The notes under the pieces: model-generated | What the model saw: only the letters and a program-made list of their open reading frames with translations | Told to the model about the DNA's origin: nothing | The model's database searches: none | Translations under genes and position numbers: made by a program | Assembly: GCA_964016885.1 (NCBI GenBank) | Contig: OZ024741.1 | Span: forward strand, 371,814,001-371,878,000 | DNA from: Eledone cirrhosa | Taxonomy: Eukaryota | Direction of reading: 5' to 3' | DNA: 64,000 nucleotides | Part shown: positions 45,001 through 57,267 of the stretch, one piece after another | Numbering within the stretch: position 1 is the first letter of the stretch | Layout: the number at the start of each line of letters is the position of its first letter

Positions 45001-48000
45001 TGGACAACGTTGTTAGGAGTCTGACAACTGTATAGTGGACAACATATTGAGGAGTCTGACAACTGTATAGTGGACAACATTGTGAGGAGTCTGACAACTG
45101 TATAGTGGACAACGTTGGTAGGAGTCTGACAACTGTATAGTGGACAACGTTATTAGGAGTCTAACAACTGTATGGTGGACAACGTTACTATGAGTCTGAC
45201 AACTGTATAGTGGACAACCTAATTAGGAGTCTAACATCTGTATAGTGGACAACGTTGTTAGGAGCCTAACAACTGTATAGTGGAGATCGTTGTTTGGAGT
45301 TTTAACAACTGTATAGTGGGCAACGTTGTTAGGAGTCTGACAACTGTATAGTGGACAACGCTATTAGGAGTCTAACAACTGTATAGTGGACAACGTTGTT
45401 AGGAGCCTAACAACTGTATAGTGGACAACATTGTTAGGAGTCTGACAACTGTATAGTGGACAACGTTGTTAGGAGTCTGACAACTGTATAGTGTACAACG
45501 TTATTAGGAGTCTAACAACTGTATAGTGGACAACGTTGTTAGGAGTCTGACAACTGTATAGTGGACAACGTTACTATGAGTCTGACAACTGTATAGTGGA
45601 CAACATTATTAGGAGTCTGAGAACTGTATAGTGGACAACGTTATGAGGAGTCTGACAACTGTATAGTGGACAACGTTATTAGGAGTCTAACAACTGTATA
45701 GTGGACAACGTTGTTAGGAGTCTGACAACTGTATAGTGGACAACGTTATTAGGAGTCTAACAACTGTGTAGTGAACAACGTTATTAGGAGTCTGACAACT
45801 GTATAGTGGACAACGTTATTAGGAGTCTAACAACTGTGTAGTGGACAACGTTATTAGGAGTCTAACAACTGTATAGTGGAGATCGTTGTCAGGAGTCTAA
45901 CATCTGTATAGTGGACAACGTTGTTAGGAGTCTGACAACTGTATAGTGGACAACGTTGTTAGGAGTCTAACAACTGTGTAGTGAACAACGTTATTAGGAG
46001 TCTAACAACTGTATAGTGGAGATCGTTGTCAGGAGTCTAACATCGGTATAGTGGACAACGTTGTTAGGAGTCTGACAACTGTATAGTGGACAACGTTGTT
46101 AGGAGTCTGACAACTGTATAGTGGACAACGTTATTAGGAGTCTAACAACTGTATAGTGGACAACGTTGTTAGGAGTCTGACAACTGTATAGTGGACAACG
46201 TTATTAGGAGTCTAACAACTGTGTAGTGGACAACGTTATTAGGCGTCTAACAACTGTATAGTGGAGATCGTTGTCAGGAGTCTAACATCTGTATAGTGGA
46301 CAACGTTGTTAGGAGTCTGACAACTGTATAGTGGACAACGTTGTTAGGAGTCTGACAACTGTATAGTGGACAACGTTATTAGGAGTCTAACAACTGTATA
46401 GTGGACAACGTTGTTAGGAGTCTGACAACTGTATAGTGGACAACGTTATTAGGAGTCTAACAACTGTGTAGTGGACAACGTTATTAGGAGTCTAACAACT
46501 GTATAGTGGAGATCGTTGTCAGGAGTCTAACATCTGTATAGTGGACAGCGTTGTTAGGAGTCTGACAACTGTATAGTGGACAACGTTGTTAGGAGTCTGA
46601 CAACTGTATAGTGGACAACGTTATTAGGAGTCTAACAACTGTATAGTGGACAACGTTGTTAGGAGTCTGACAACTGTATAGTGGAGATCGTTGTTTGGAG
46701 TTTTAACAATTGTATAGTGGACAACGTTGTTAGGAGTCTGACAACTGTATAGTGGACAACGCTATTAGGAGTCTAACAACTGTATAGTGGACAACGTTGT
46801 TAGGAGCCTAACAACTGTATAGTGGACAACATTGTTAGGAGTCTGACAACTGTATAGTGGACAACGTTGTTAGGAGTCTGACAACTGTATAGTGTACAAC
46901 GTTATTAGGAGTCTAACAACTGTATAGTGGACAACGTTGTTAGGAGTCTGACAACTGTATAGTGGACAACGTTGTTAGGAGTCTAACAACTGTATAGTGG
47001 ACAACGTTGTTAGGAGTCTGACAACTGTATAGTGGACAACGTTATTAGGAGTCTAACAACTGTGTAGTGGACAACGTTATTAGGAGTCTAACAACTGTGT
47101 AATGGACAACGTTATTAGGAGTCTAACAACTGTGTAGTGGACAACGTTATTAGGAGTCTGACAACTGTATAGTGGACAACGTTATTAGGAGTCTAACAAC
47201 TGTATAGTGGACAACGTTATTAGGAGTCTGACAACTGTATAGTGGACATCGTTATTAGGAGTCTAACAACTGTATAGTGGACAACGTTATTAGGAGTCTA
47301 ACAACTGTGTAGTGGACAACGTTATTAGGAGTCTAACAACTGTATAGTGGACAACGTTGTTAGGAGTCTAACAACTGTATTGTGGACAACGTTATTAGGA
47401 GTCTGACAACTGTATAGTGGTCAACGTTGTTAGGAGTCTGACAACTGTATAGTGGACAACGTTATTAGGAGTCTAACAACTGTATAGTTGACAACGTTAT
47501 TATGAGTCTGACAACTGTATAGTGGATAACGTTATTAGGAGTCTAACAACTGTATAGTGGACAACGATGTTAGGAGTCTAACAACGGATTAGTGAACAAC
47601 GTTATTGGGAGTCTAACAACTGTATAGTGGACAACGTTATTAGGAGTCTGACAACGATATAGTGGACAACGTTGTTAGGAATCTAACAACTGTAGAGTGG
47701 ACCACGATGTTAGGTGTCTAACAACTGTATAGTGGAGATCGTTGTTAGGAGTCTAACAACTGTATAGTGGACAACGTTATTAGGAGTCTCACAACTGTAT
47801 AGTGGACAACGTTGTTAGGAGTCTGACAACGGATTAGTGAACAACGTTATTGGGAGTCTAACAACTGTATAGTGGACAACGTTGTTAGGATTCTGACAAC
47901 TGTAGAGTAGACAACGTTATTAGGAGTCTGACAACTGTATAGTGGACTACGTTATTAGGAGTCTGACAACTGTATAGTGGACTACGTTATTAGGATTCTA

Positions 48001-51000
48001 ACAACTGTATAGTGGGCAATGATATTAGGAGTCTAACAACTGTATAGTGGACAACGTTATTAGGAGTCTAACAACTGTATAGTGGACAACGTTATTAGGA
48101 GTCTAACAACTGTATAGTGGACAACGTTATTAGGAGTCTGACAACTGTATAGTGGACAACGTTATTAGGAGTCTAACAACTGTATAGTGGACAACGTTAT
48201 TAGGAGTCTCACAACTGTATAGTTGACAACGTTGTTAGGAGTCTCACAACTATATAGTGGAGATCGTTGTTAGGAGTCTAACAACTGTATAGTGGACAAC
48301 GTTATTAGGAGTCTCACAACTGTATAGTGGACAACGTTGTTAGGAGTCTGACAACGGATTAGTGAACAACGTTATTGGGAGTCTAACAACTGTATAGTGG
48401 ACAACGTTGTTAGGAGTCTAACAACTGTATAGTAGACAACATTATTAGGAGTCTGACAACTGTATAGTGGACAACGTTATTAGGAGTCTAACAACTGTAT
48501 AGTGGACAACGTTATTAGGAGTCTAACAACTGAATAGTGGACAACGTTATTAGGAGTCTGACAACTGTATAGTGCACAACGTTATTAGGAGTCTGACAAC
48601 TGTATAGTGGACAATGTTATTAGGAGTCTAACAACTGTATAGTGGACAACGTTGTTAGGAGTCTAACAACTGAATAGTGGACAACGTTATTAGGAGTCTG
48701 ACAACTGTATAGTGGACAACGTTATTAGGAGTCTGACAACTGTATAGTGGACAACGTTGTTAGGAGTCTAACAACTGGAGAGTGGACAACGTCATTAGGA
48801 GTCTAACACCTGTATAGTGTACAACGTTATTAGGAGTCTGACAACGGTATAGTGGACAACGTTATTAGGTGTCTAACAACTGTATAGTGGACAACGTTAT
48901 TAGGAGTCTAACAACGGTATAGTATACAACGTTATTAGGTGTCTAACAACTGTATAGTGGAGAACGTTATTAGGAGTCTAACAACGGACTAGTGGACAAC
49001 GTTATTAGGAATCTAACAACTGTATAGTGGACAATGTTATTAGGAGTCTAACAAACATATAGAGGATAACGTTATTAGGAGTCTGACAACTGTATAGTCG
49101 ACAATGTTATTAGGAGTCTAACAACTGTATAGTGGACAACGTTATTAGGAGTCAGACAACTGTATAGTGGACAACGTTATTAGGAGTCTAACAACTGTGT
49201 AGTGGACAACGTTATTAGGAGTCTAACAACTGTATAGTGGACAATGTTATTAGGAGTCTAACAACTGTATAGTGGGCAACGTTATTAGGAGTCTGACAAC
49301 TGTATAGTGGACAACGTTGTTAGGAGTCTGACAACTGTATAGTGGACAACGTTATTAGGAGTCTGACAACTGTACAGTGGACAACGTTGTTAGGAGCCTA
49401 ATAACTGTATAGTGGAGATCGTTGTAAGGAGTCTAACAACTGTATAGTGGACAACGTTGTTAGGAGTCTGACAACTGTATAGTGGACAACATTGTTAGGA
49501 GTCTGACAACTGTATAGTGGACAACGTTATTAGGAGTCTAACAACTGTATAGTGTTCAACGTTATTAGTAGTCTAACAACGGTATAGTGGACAACGTTAT
49601 TAGGTGTCTAACAACTGTATAGTGGACAACGTTATTAGAAGTCTAACAACGGACTGGTGGACAACGTTATTAGGACTGTAACAACTGTATAGTGGGCAAC
49701 GTTATTAGGAGTCTAACACCTGTATAGTGGGCAACGTTATTAGGAGTCTAACAACTGTATAGTGGACAACGTTATTAGGAGTCTGACAACTGTATAGTGG
49801 ACAACGTTGTTAGGAGCCTAACAACTGTATAGTGGAGATCGTTTTCAGGAGTCTGACAACGATATAGTGGACAACGTTGTTAGGAGTCTAACAACTGTAG
49901 AGTGGCCCACGATGTTAGGTGTCTAACAACTGTATAGTGGACAACGTTGTTAGGAGTCTAACAACTGAATAGTGGACAACGTTGTTAGGAGTCTCACAAC
50001 TGTATAGTGGACAACGTTGTTAGGAGTCTGACAACTTTATAGTGGACAACGTTATTAGGAGTCTAACAACTGAATAGTGGACAACGTTGTTAGGAGACTA
50101 ACAACTGTATAGTGGAGATCGTTGTTAGGAGTCTAACAACTGTATAGTGGACAACGTTATTAGGAGTCTCACAACTGTATAGTGGACAACGTTGTTTGGA
50201 GTCTGACAACGGATTAGTGAACAACGTTGTTAGGAGTCTGACAACTGTATAGTGGACAACATTATTAGGAGTCTGACAACTGTATAGTGGACAACGTTAT
50301 TAGGAGTCTAACAACTGTATAGTGGACAACGTTATTAGGAGTCTAACAACTGTATAGTGGATAACGTTATTAGGAGTCTGACAACTGTATAGTAGACAAC
50401 GTTATTAGGAGTCTAACAACTGTATAGTGGAAAACGTTGTTAGGAGTCTAACAACTGAATAGTGGACAACGTTGTTAGGAGTCTCACAACTGTATAGTGG
50501 ACAACGTTGTTAGGAGTCTGACAACTATATAGTGGTCAACGTTATTAGGAGTCTAACAACTGTATAGTGGACAACGTTATTAGGAGTCTAACAACGGATT
50601 AGTGAACAAGGTTATTGGGCGTCTAACAACTGTATAGTGGACAACGTTATTAGGAGTCTAACAACTGTATAGTGGACAACGTTATTAGGAGTCTAACAAC
50701 TGTATAGTGGACAACGTTATTAGGAGTCTGACAACTGTATAGTGGACAACGTTATTAGGAGTCTGACAACTGTATAGTGGACAACGTTATTAGGAGTCTG
50801 ACGACTGTATAGTGGACAACGTTGTTAGGAGTCTAACAACTGTATAGTGGACTACGTTATTAGGAGTCTGAAAACTGTATAGTGGACAACGTTATTAGGA
50901 GTCTGACAACTCTATAGTGGAGCACGTTATTAGGAGTCTAACAACTGGAGAGTGGACAACGTTCTTAGGAGTCTGACAACTGTATAGTGGACAACGTTGT

Positions 51001-53119
51001 TAGGAGTCTGACAACTGTATAGTGGACAACGTTGTTAGGAGTCTAACAACTGTATAGTGGACAACGTTGTTAGGAGTCTGACAACTGTATAGTGGACAAC
51101 GTTTTTAGGAGTCTGACAACTGTATAGTGGACAACGTTGTTAGGAGTCTGACAACTGTATAGTGGACAACGTTATTAGGAGTCTAACAACTGTATAGTGG
51201 ACAACGTTGTTAGGAGTCTGACAACTGTATAGTGGACAACGTTATTAGGAGTCTAACAACTGTATAATGGACAACGTTATTAGGAGTCTGACAACTGTAT
51301 AGTGGACAGCGTTATTAGGAGTCTCACAACTGTATAGTTGTCAACGTTATTAGGAGTCTGACAACTGTATAATGGACAATGTTATTAGGTGTCTGACACC
51401 TGTGTAATGGACAACATTATTAGGAATCTGACAATTGTGTAATGGACAACGTTATTAGGACTCTAACAACTGTATTATGGACTACGTTGTTAGGAGTCTG
51501 ACAACTGTATAGTGAACAACGTTATTAGGTGTCTAACAACTGTATTATGGACTACGTTATTAGGAGTCTGACAGCTGTATAGTGGACTACGTTATTAGGA
51601 GTCTGACAACTGTATAGTGAACAACGTTATTAGGAGTCTAACAACTGTATTATGGACTACGTTATTAGGAGTCTGACAACTGTATAGTGGACTACGTTAT
51701 TAGGAGTCTGACAACTGTATAGTGAACAACGTTATTAGGACTCTAACAACTGTATTATGGACTACGTTATTAGGAGTCTGACAGCTGTATAGTGGACTAC
51801 GTTATTAGGTGTCTGACAACTGTATTATGGACTACGTTATTAGGAGTCTGACAACTGTATAGTGAACAACGTTATTAGGACTCTAACAACTGTATTATGG
51901 ACTACGTTATTAGGAGTCTGACAGCTGTATAGTGGACTACGTTATTAGGTGTCTGACAACTGTATTATGGACTACGTTATTAGGAGTCTGACAGCTGTAT
52001 AGTGGACTACGTTATTAGGACTCTAACAACTGTATTATGGACTACGTTATTAGGAGTCTGACAGCTGTATAGTGGACTACGTTATTAGGAGTCTAACAAC
52101 TGTATTATGGACTACGTTATTAGGCCTCTGACAGCTGTATAGTGGACTACGTTATTAGGACTCTAACAACTGTATTATGGACTATGTTATTAGGAGTCAG
52201 ACAACTGTATAGTGGACTACGTTATTAGGACTCTAACAACTGTATTATGGACTACGTTATTAGGAGTCTGACAGCTGTATAGTGGACAACGTTTTTAGGA
52301 GTCTGACAACTGTATAGTGGACAACGTTGTTAGGAGTCTGACAACTGTATAGTGGACAACGTTATTAGGAGTCTAACAACTGTATAGTGGACAACGTTGT
52401 TAGGAGTCTGACAACTGTATAGTGGACAACGTTTTTAGGCGTCTGACAACTGTATAGTGGACAACGTTGTTAGGAGTCTGACAACTGTATTATGGACTAC
52501 GTTATTTGGAGTCTGACAGCTGTATAGTGGACTACGTTATTAGGAGTCTAACAACTGTATAGTGGACCACGTTATTAGGAGTCTAACAACTGTATTATGG
52601 ACTACGTTATTAGGAGTCTGACAACTGTATAGTGGACAACGTTGTTAGGAGTCTGACAACTGTATAGTGGACTACGTTATTAGGAGTCTGACAACTCTAT
52701 AGTGGACAACGTTATTAGGAGTCTAACAACTGTATAATGGACAACGTTGTTAGGAGTCTAACAACTGTATAGTGGACAACGTTTTTAGGAGTCTAACAAC
52801 TCTATAGTGAACAACGTTGTTAGGAGTCTAACAACTGAATAGTGAACAACGTTATTAGGAGTCTAACAACTGTATAGTGGACAGCGTTATTAGGAGTCTA
52901 ACAACTCTATAGTGGACAACGTTATTAGGAGTCTGACAACTGTATAGTCTACAACGTTGTTAGGAATCTAACAACTGTAGAGTGGACAACGTTATTAGGA
53001 ATCTAACAACTCTATAGTGGCCAGCGTTATTAGGAGTCTAACAACTGTATAGTAGACAACGTTATTTAGTCTAACAACTGTAGAATGGACAATGGTATTA
53101 GGAGTCTAACAACTGCATA
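1..53119. repeat. 35-bp tandem satellite DNA array, about 1,500 monomers, open at the left window edge
   Basis: Period read directly (ACAACTGTAT at 1, 71, 141; ACAAC at 36). Consensus ACAACTGTATAGTGGACAACGTT(A/G)TTAGGAGTCT(A/G). Mostly substitutions with rare 1-3 bp indels; no foreign insertion seen. Last recognisable unit ends ...GGAGTCTAACAACTGCATA at ~53,119. Confidence 0.99.
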
Positions 53120-53529
53120 ACGAGTAGAGTTATTAAAGACTCGACATAAGAGACATAATTATTGTGTAAATAGAAAGGCATTAGAATGTGATTGACTAAG
53201 TGAAAATGATATCAACCAACAGCTGAATCACCACCTCGTTCTAAGTAGGTAACATAGGACACCTATAACTGAAAGCAGCACTGTGGAGTTGTGGGATTTC
53301 GTTGACTTGCTGCGTCAAGTTCAATTCCTCAAAAATGATGAGTTATCTGCAATAGTCTAGTGTCTCATCCTGAGCAGATTTATGCTACGGAAACTGACAC
53401 CGAGCACTGACCCTTTATGTAGGTCTTCACAATCGAAAATAAAAAAATTAGATTAAATAGGTTATGGATATACTCTGAAAGTAATATATTGATCTAAGTA
53501 TTGTATACCGTTTACTTCCTTTCTTGTCG

Positions 53530-53940
53530 AATTCGCGTTCAAATCTTACCAGCAGTACCAGATTTGTATATTAGCTAAGTAGGCTTCAGTCCAGAACCTG
53601 ATAGTCCAAGAGACCTCGATTCGTTTGAAATATACATTAAAATATAATTATGAAAGACATTTTCGTCAAAAGTTAAAATATGGTAATTGTTATACATTTA
53701 TTTTTCTTATGGTGTCCCATCTGTTTTAGAGGTCGGCAAGGACAGATGCTGGAATCTTAGCATAGTTCTATATGTAATCTTGCATTCAAGTACTTGTAAT
53801 TTTTATTAAGTTTCTTGCAAGCAGGCGTTAGGAGCTCCAAATGTGTTCTAGCCCAAGGCTTCAAGCTACTTTAATCCGGTAGTACTTACCAGATTCAGCT
53901 TATCTTTTCGCCTGTCGTGTTTCAATAAATTATATACCAA
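53530..53940 (+). mobile_element. old degenerate tRNA-derived SINE (same family as the downstream copies) split by a MITE
   Basis: Removing the MITE and one TSD gives GCGTTCAAATCTTACCAGATTCAGCTTATCTTTTCGCCTGTCGTGTTTCAATAAATTATATACCA. This aligns by eye with the SINE core GAGTTCAAATCCCGCCGAGGTTAACTTTGCCTTTCATCCTTACGGGGTCGATAAAATAAAGTACCA. Confidence 0.5.
53553..53884. mobile_element. non-autonomous hAT-type DNA transposon (MITE), Tip100-like ends
   Basis: Perfect 8-bp direct repeat CTTACCAG at 53,545-53,552 and 53,885-53,892. Imperfect TIRs CAGTACCAGATT (left) and TACTACCGGATT (reverse complement of right end). No ORF. Confidence 0.7.
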
Positions 53941-54034
53941 GAATTTATTCCACTATATCCTCCTCTTCCTTAAAGTAGTTGATATTTGTAACATTATTAT
54001 AAAGACTCTTTATTTGTTGTTATATAAAAGAAGA

Positions 54035-54073
54035 GTTGTTGCCGTTGTTGTAGTTGTTGTTGTTATTGTTGTT
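54035..54073. repeat. imperfect (GTT)n microsatellite
   Basis: GTTGTTGCCGTTGTTGTAGTTGTTGTTGTTATTGTTGTT; may be the (AAC)n tail of the adjacent minus-strand element. Confidence 0.9.
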
Positions 54074-54470
54074 ACATTCTATACCTAAGGCAACATTTTA
54101 CAAGGGCAGAGGAATTGGTTCAGAGGGTAGGATACAACAAGAGATAAATACTATTATGGTTAACTGTGACATGTATGTTACCGGAAGTCTTTGGCTGCTA
54201 TTTCATGTTGTCCCATGACAGGAAATGAGTGAAGAATATAATTGATAGAGTCGACTTGCAAAACTGGCGAAGTCCCGATGGTTTTAGTGTTGCTACTGAG
54301 GGATTTTGTTTTGCTTGGACAAAAAGGAGGCATGTTTGTATTGCTCAAGAGGTTCTGGTATTAATTGACTGTCAATGGTACAACGTCCCATTTACATTTC
54401 ATTTTCTATAAAAGCAGTAGGGAAGGCGGTGATGAATCTTGACTCGTGTTTGTCTTCTCAGCTGCTGTCT
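54074..54470 (-). mobile_element. possible decayed 3' end of an L2/CR1-group LINE
   Basis: Minus-strand fragments SLLL...GRCTIDSQLIPEPL weakly resemble the L2/CR1 ORF2 C-terminal pattern, followed by an (AAC)n tail. Heavily frameshifted. Confidence 0.3.
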
Positions 54471-54626
54471 TGAGAAATGTTTTTTTTTAATACGACGTTT
54501 AACACTCTGACCGTAAAGGGCCGTAACTCTATGTTGCAAAGCATGGCGTCCAACCCTCTACCGATATTGCTAATCCACAAAGATGGGAATAATCACAGTG
54601 TGTACACCTTCAGCCAAATAGGAGAG

Positions 54627-54680
54627 CATCATCATCGTCATCATCATCATCATCATCAAAAACAACAATAACAACTACAA
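54627..54680. repeat. compound (CAT)n-(CAA)n microsatellite
   Basis: CATCATCATCGTCATCATCATCATCATCATCAAAAACAACAATAACAACTACAA. Confidence 0.9.
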
Positions 54681-54967
54681 AACTCTAGTTGCAAGGAGCT
54701 AATCGCCGTTACACGGCATTCTCGCGCCTGAATGCCAAACGACAATTTATCAAAGGCAAAAAAAATAAATAGAATATAAAAAATAAATAAAAAGTCTCGA
54801 GAGAGGGGAGTTAGAGGGTTGGAATGGAATAAACATGTGCAGAGAGAATATTTGACATAAGTGGATCAGGTTCCAATGATATGGCTGAGGGAATTTAACA
54901 TGAGATAAGAGGCGGGCAGAGAACTGATACATAGGCATCCATCATATAGTTCTTGACAGAGAGATTT

Positions 54968-56830
54968 CTGTCTATCATAGCAGAGGTTGGAACGTTTGTT
55001 AGATTGGTATATGCTGTCTATCCTTGCTTAGGCTCGACCATTTTAAGGACTTGTATATGTTGGCTACCCTAGCTTAGGCTCGACCATTTTATAGACTTGT
55101 ATATGTTGGCTAGACTAACTTAGGTTTAAACGTGGTCTAGACTGAATATGTTGTCTATCCTAGCTGAGGTTTAAACGTGGTCTAGACTGGATATATTGTC
55201 TATCCTAGCTGAGGTTTAAACGTGGTCTAGACTGGATATATTGTCTATCCTAGCTGAGGTTTAAACGTGGTCTAGACTGGATATATTGTCTATCCTAGCT
55301 GAGGTTTAAACGGGGGTCTACACTGGATATGTTGTCTATCCTAGCTGAGGTTTAAACGTGGTCTAGACTGGATATATTGTCTATCCTATCTGAGGTTTAA
55401 ACGTGGTCTAGACTGGATATATTGTCTATCCTAGCTGAGGTTTAAACGTGGTCTAGACTGGATATGTTGTCTATCCTAGCTGAGGTTTAAACGTGGTCTA
55501 GACTGGATATATTGTCTATCCTAGCTGAGGTTTAAACGTGGTCTAGACTGGATATATTGTCTATCCTAGCTGAGGTTTAAACGTGGTCTAGACTGGATAT
55601 ATTGTCTATCCTATCTGAGGTTTAAACGTGGTCTAGACTGGATATATTGTCTATCCTAGCTGAGGTTTAAACGTGGTCTAGACTGGATATGTTGTCTATC
55701 CTAGCTGAGGTTTAAACGTGGTCTAGACTGGATATATTGTCTATCCTATCTGAGGTTTAAACGTGGTCTAGACTGGATATATTGTCTATCCTAGCTGAGG
55801 TTTAAACGGGGGTCTACACTGGATATGTTGTCTATCCTAGCTGAGGTTTAAACGTGGTCTAGACTGAATATGTTGTCTATCCTAGCTGAGGTTTAAACGT
55901 GGTCTAGACTGAATATGTTGTCTATCCTAGCTGAGGTTTAAACGTGGTCTAGACTGGATATATTGTCTATCCTATCTGAGGTTTAAACGTGGTCTAGACT
56001 GGATATATTGTCTATCCTAGCTGAGGTTTAAACGGGGGTCTACACTGGATATGTTGTCTATCCTAGCTGAGGTTTAAACGTGGTCTAGACTGGATATATT
56101 GTCTATCCTAGCTGAGGTTTAAACGTGGTCTAGACTGGATATATTGTCTATCCTAGTTGAGGTTTAAACGTGGTCTAGACTGGATATGTTGTCTATCCTA
56201 GCTGAGGTTTAAACGTGGTCTAGACTGGATATATAGTCTATCCTAGCTGAGGTTTAAACGTGGTCTAGACTGGATATGTTGTCTATCCTATCTGAGGTTT
56301 AAACGTGGTCTAGACTGGATATATTGTCTATCCTAGCTTTAGGTTTAAACGTGGTCTAAACTGGATATGTTGTCTATCCTAGCTGAGGTTTAAACGTGGT
56401 CTAGACTGTATATATTGTCTATCCTAGCTGAGGTTTAAACGTGGTCTAGACTGGATATATTGTCTATCCTAGCTGAGGTTTAAACGTGGTCTAGACTGAA
56501 TATGTTGTCTATCCTAGCTGAGGTTTAAACGTGGTCTAGACTGGATATATTGTCTATCCTAGCTTTAGGTTTAAACGTGGTCTACACTAGATATGTTGTC
56601 TATCCTAGCTGAGATTTAAACGTGTTCTAGACTGAATACGTTGTCTATCCTCGCTGAGGTTTAAACGTGTTCTGCACTGGTATATGTTGGCTATAAAAAG
56701 GGATGGGACATTTTCACCACTGAATATATATTAGCTATCCTACCGAAGTTAGAATGTGTTCTGGATTGATTATGTTGGCTATCCTACTGAATTTTGGACG
56801 TGTTTTAGATTGGTATATGTTGTCTATCTT
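54968..56830. repeat. 45-bp minisatellite, about 35 well-conserved copies (55,120-56,690) with degenerate copies on both flanks
   Basis: Unit TAGACTGGATAT(A/G)TTGTCTATCCTAGCTGAGGTTTAAACGTGGTC, containing palindromes GTTTAAAC and TCTAGA. Variant AAACGGGGGTCTACACTGG recurs at ~55,308, ~55,804 and ~56,030. Confidence 0.98.
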
Positions 56831-57101
56831 GTGTTTAATCTCAAGATAAGCCGATATTTGGTTGCTATTTCATCCCTGGTGTGTATACTTAGAAATATTA
56901 TTAGAAAAACTACAGAATAAATTGAACTTGCAATACTTGAGCCACTTAAATATGTACTTGACACGATCAATTTAGTACGATTGTATATTCAGTCATAGTT
57001 TTTGAATGAACGGAACTGATTTTATTAATAAAGTGGGTAGGATTAGTATTAACATTTTTTATAACTCTGCTTATACAACCTCATTATTACCTCATGTGGG
57101 C

Positions 57102-57251
57102 GGTGGATTGGCAGTATTGGTAGAGGATCGGACGCTATGCTCTGTAGCACAGAGTTATGGCCCTTTACTGCCTGAGTTCAAATCCCGCCGAGGTTAACTT
57201 TGCCTTTCATCTTTACGGGGTCGATAAAATAAAGCACCATTAATGCACCGG
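57102..57251 (+). mobile_element. tRNA-derived SINE with Nin/Deu-like core, 3'-truncated
   Basis: A-box-like TGGCAGTATTGG, B-box GAGTTCAAATCC, core GAGGTTAACTTTGCCTTTCATCTTTACGGGGTCGATAAAATAAAG. Close match to the copy at 63,808-63,995. Confidence 0.88.
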
Positions 57252-57267
57252 TACAAATATCGTAAAG

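Noticed and set aside
1-53119. CRISPR array (35-bp unit with a GTTG...CAAC hairpin superficially like some CRISPR repeats)
   Set aside because: No unique spacers, units are directly head-to-tail, no cas genes, and the context is eukaryotic SINE/LINE DNA.
1-53119. Repetitive protein-coding gene or telomeric array
   Set aside because: The period is not a multiple of 3 and each unit has stop codons; the ORF track is empty here. TTAGG occurs once per unit and never as tandem telomeric repeats.
54477-54671. ORF with a poly-His tail
   Set aside because: The His/Gln run is simply the (CAT)n(CAA)n microsatellite; no other coding support.
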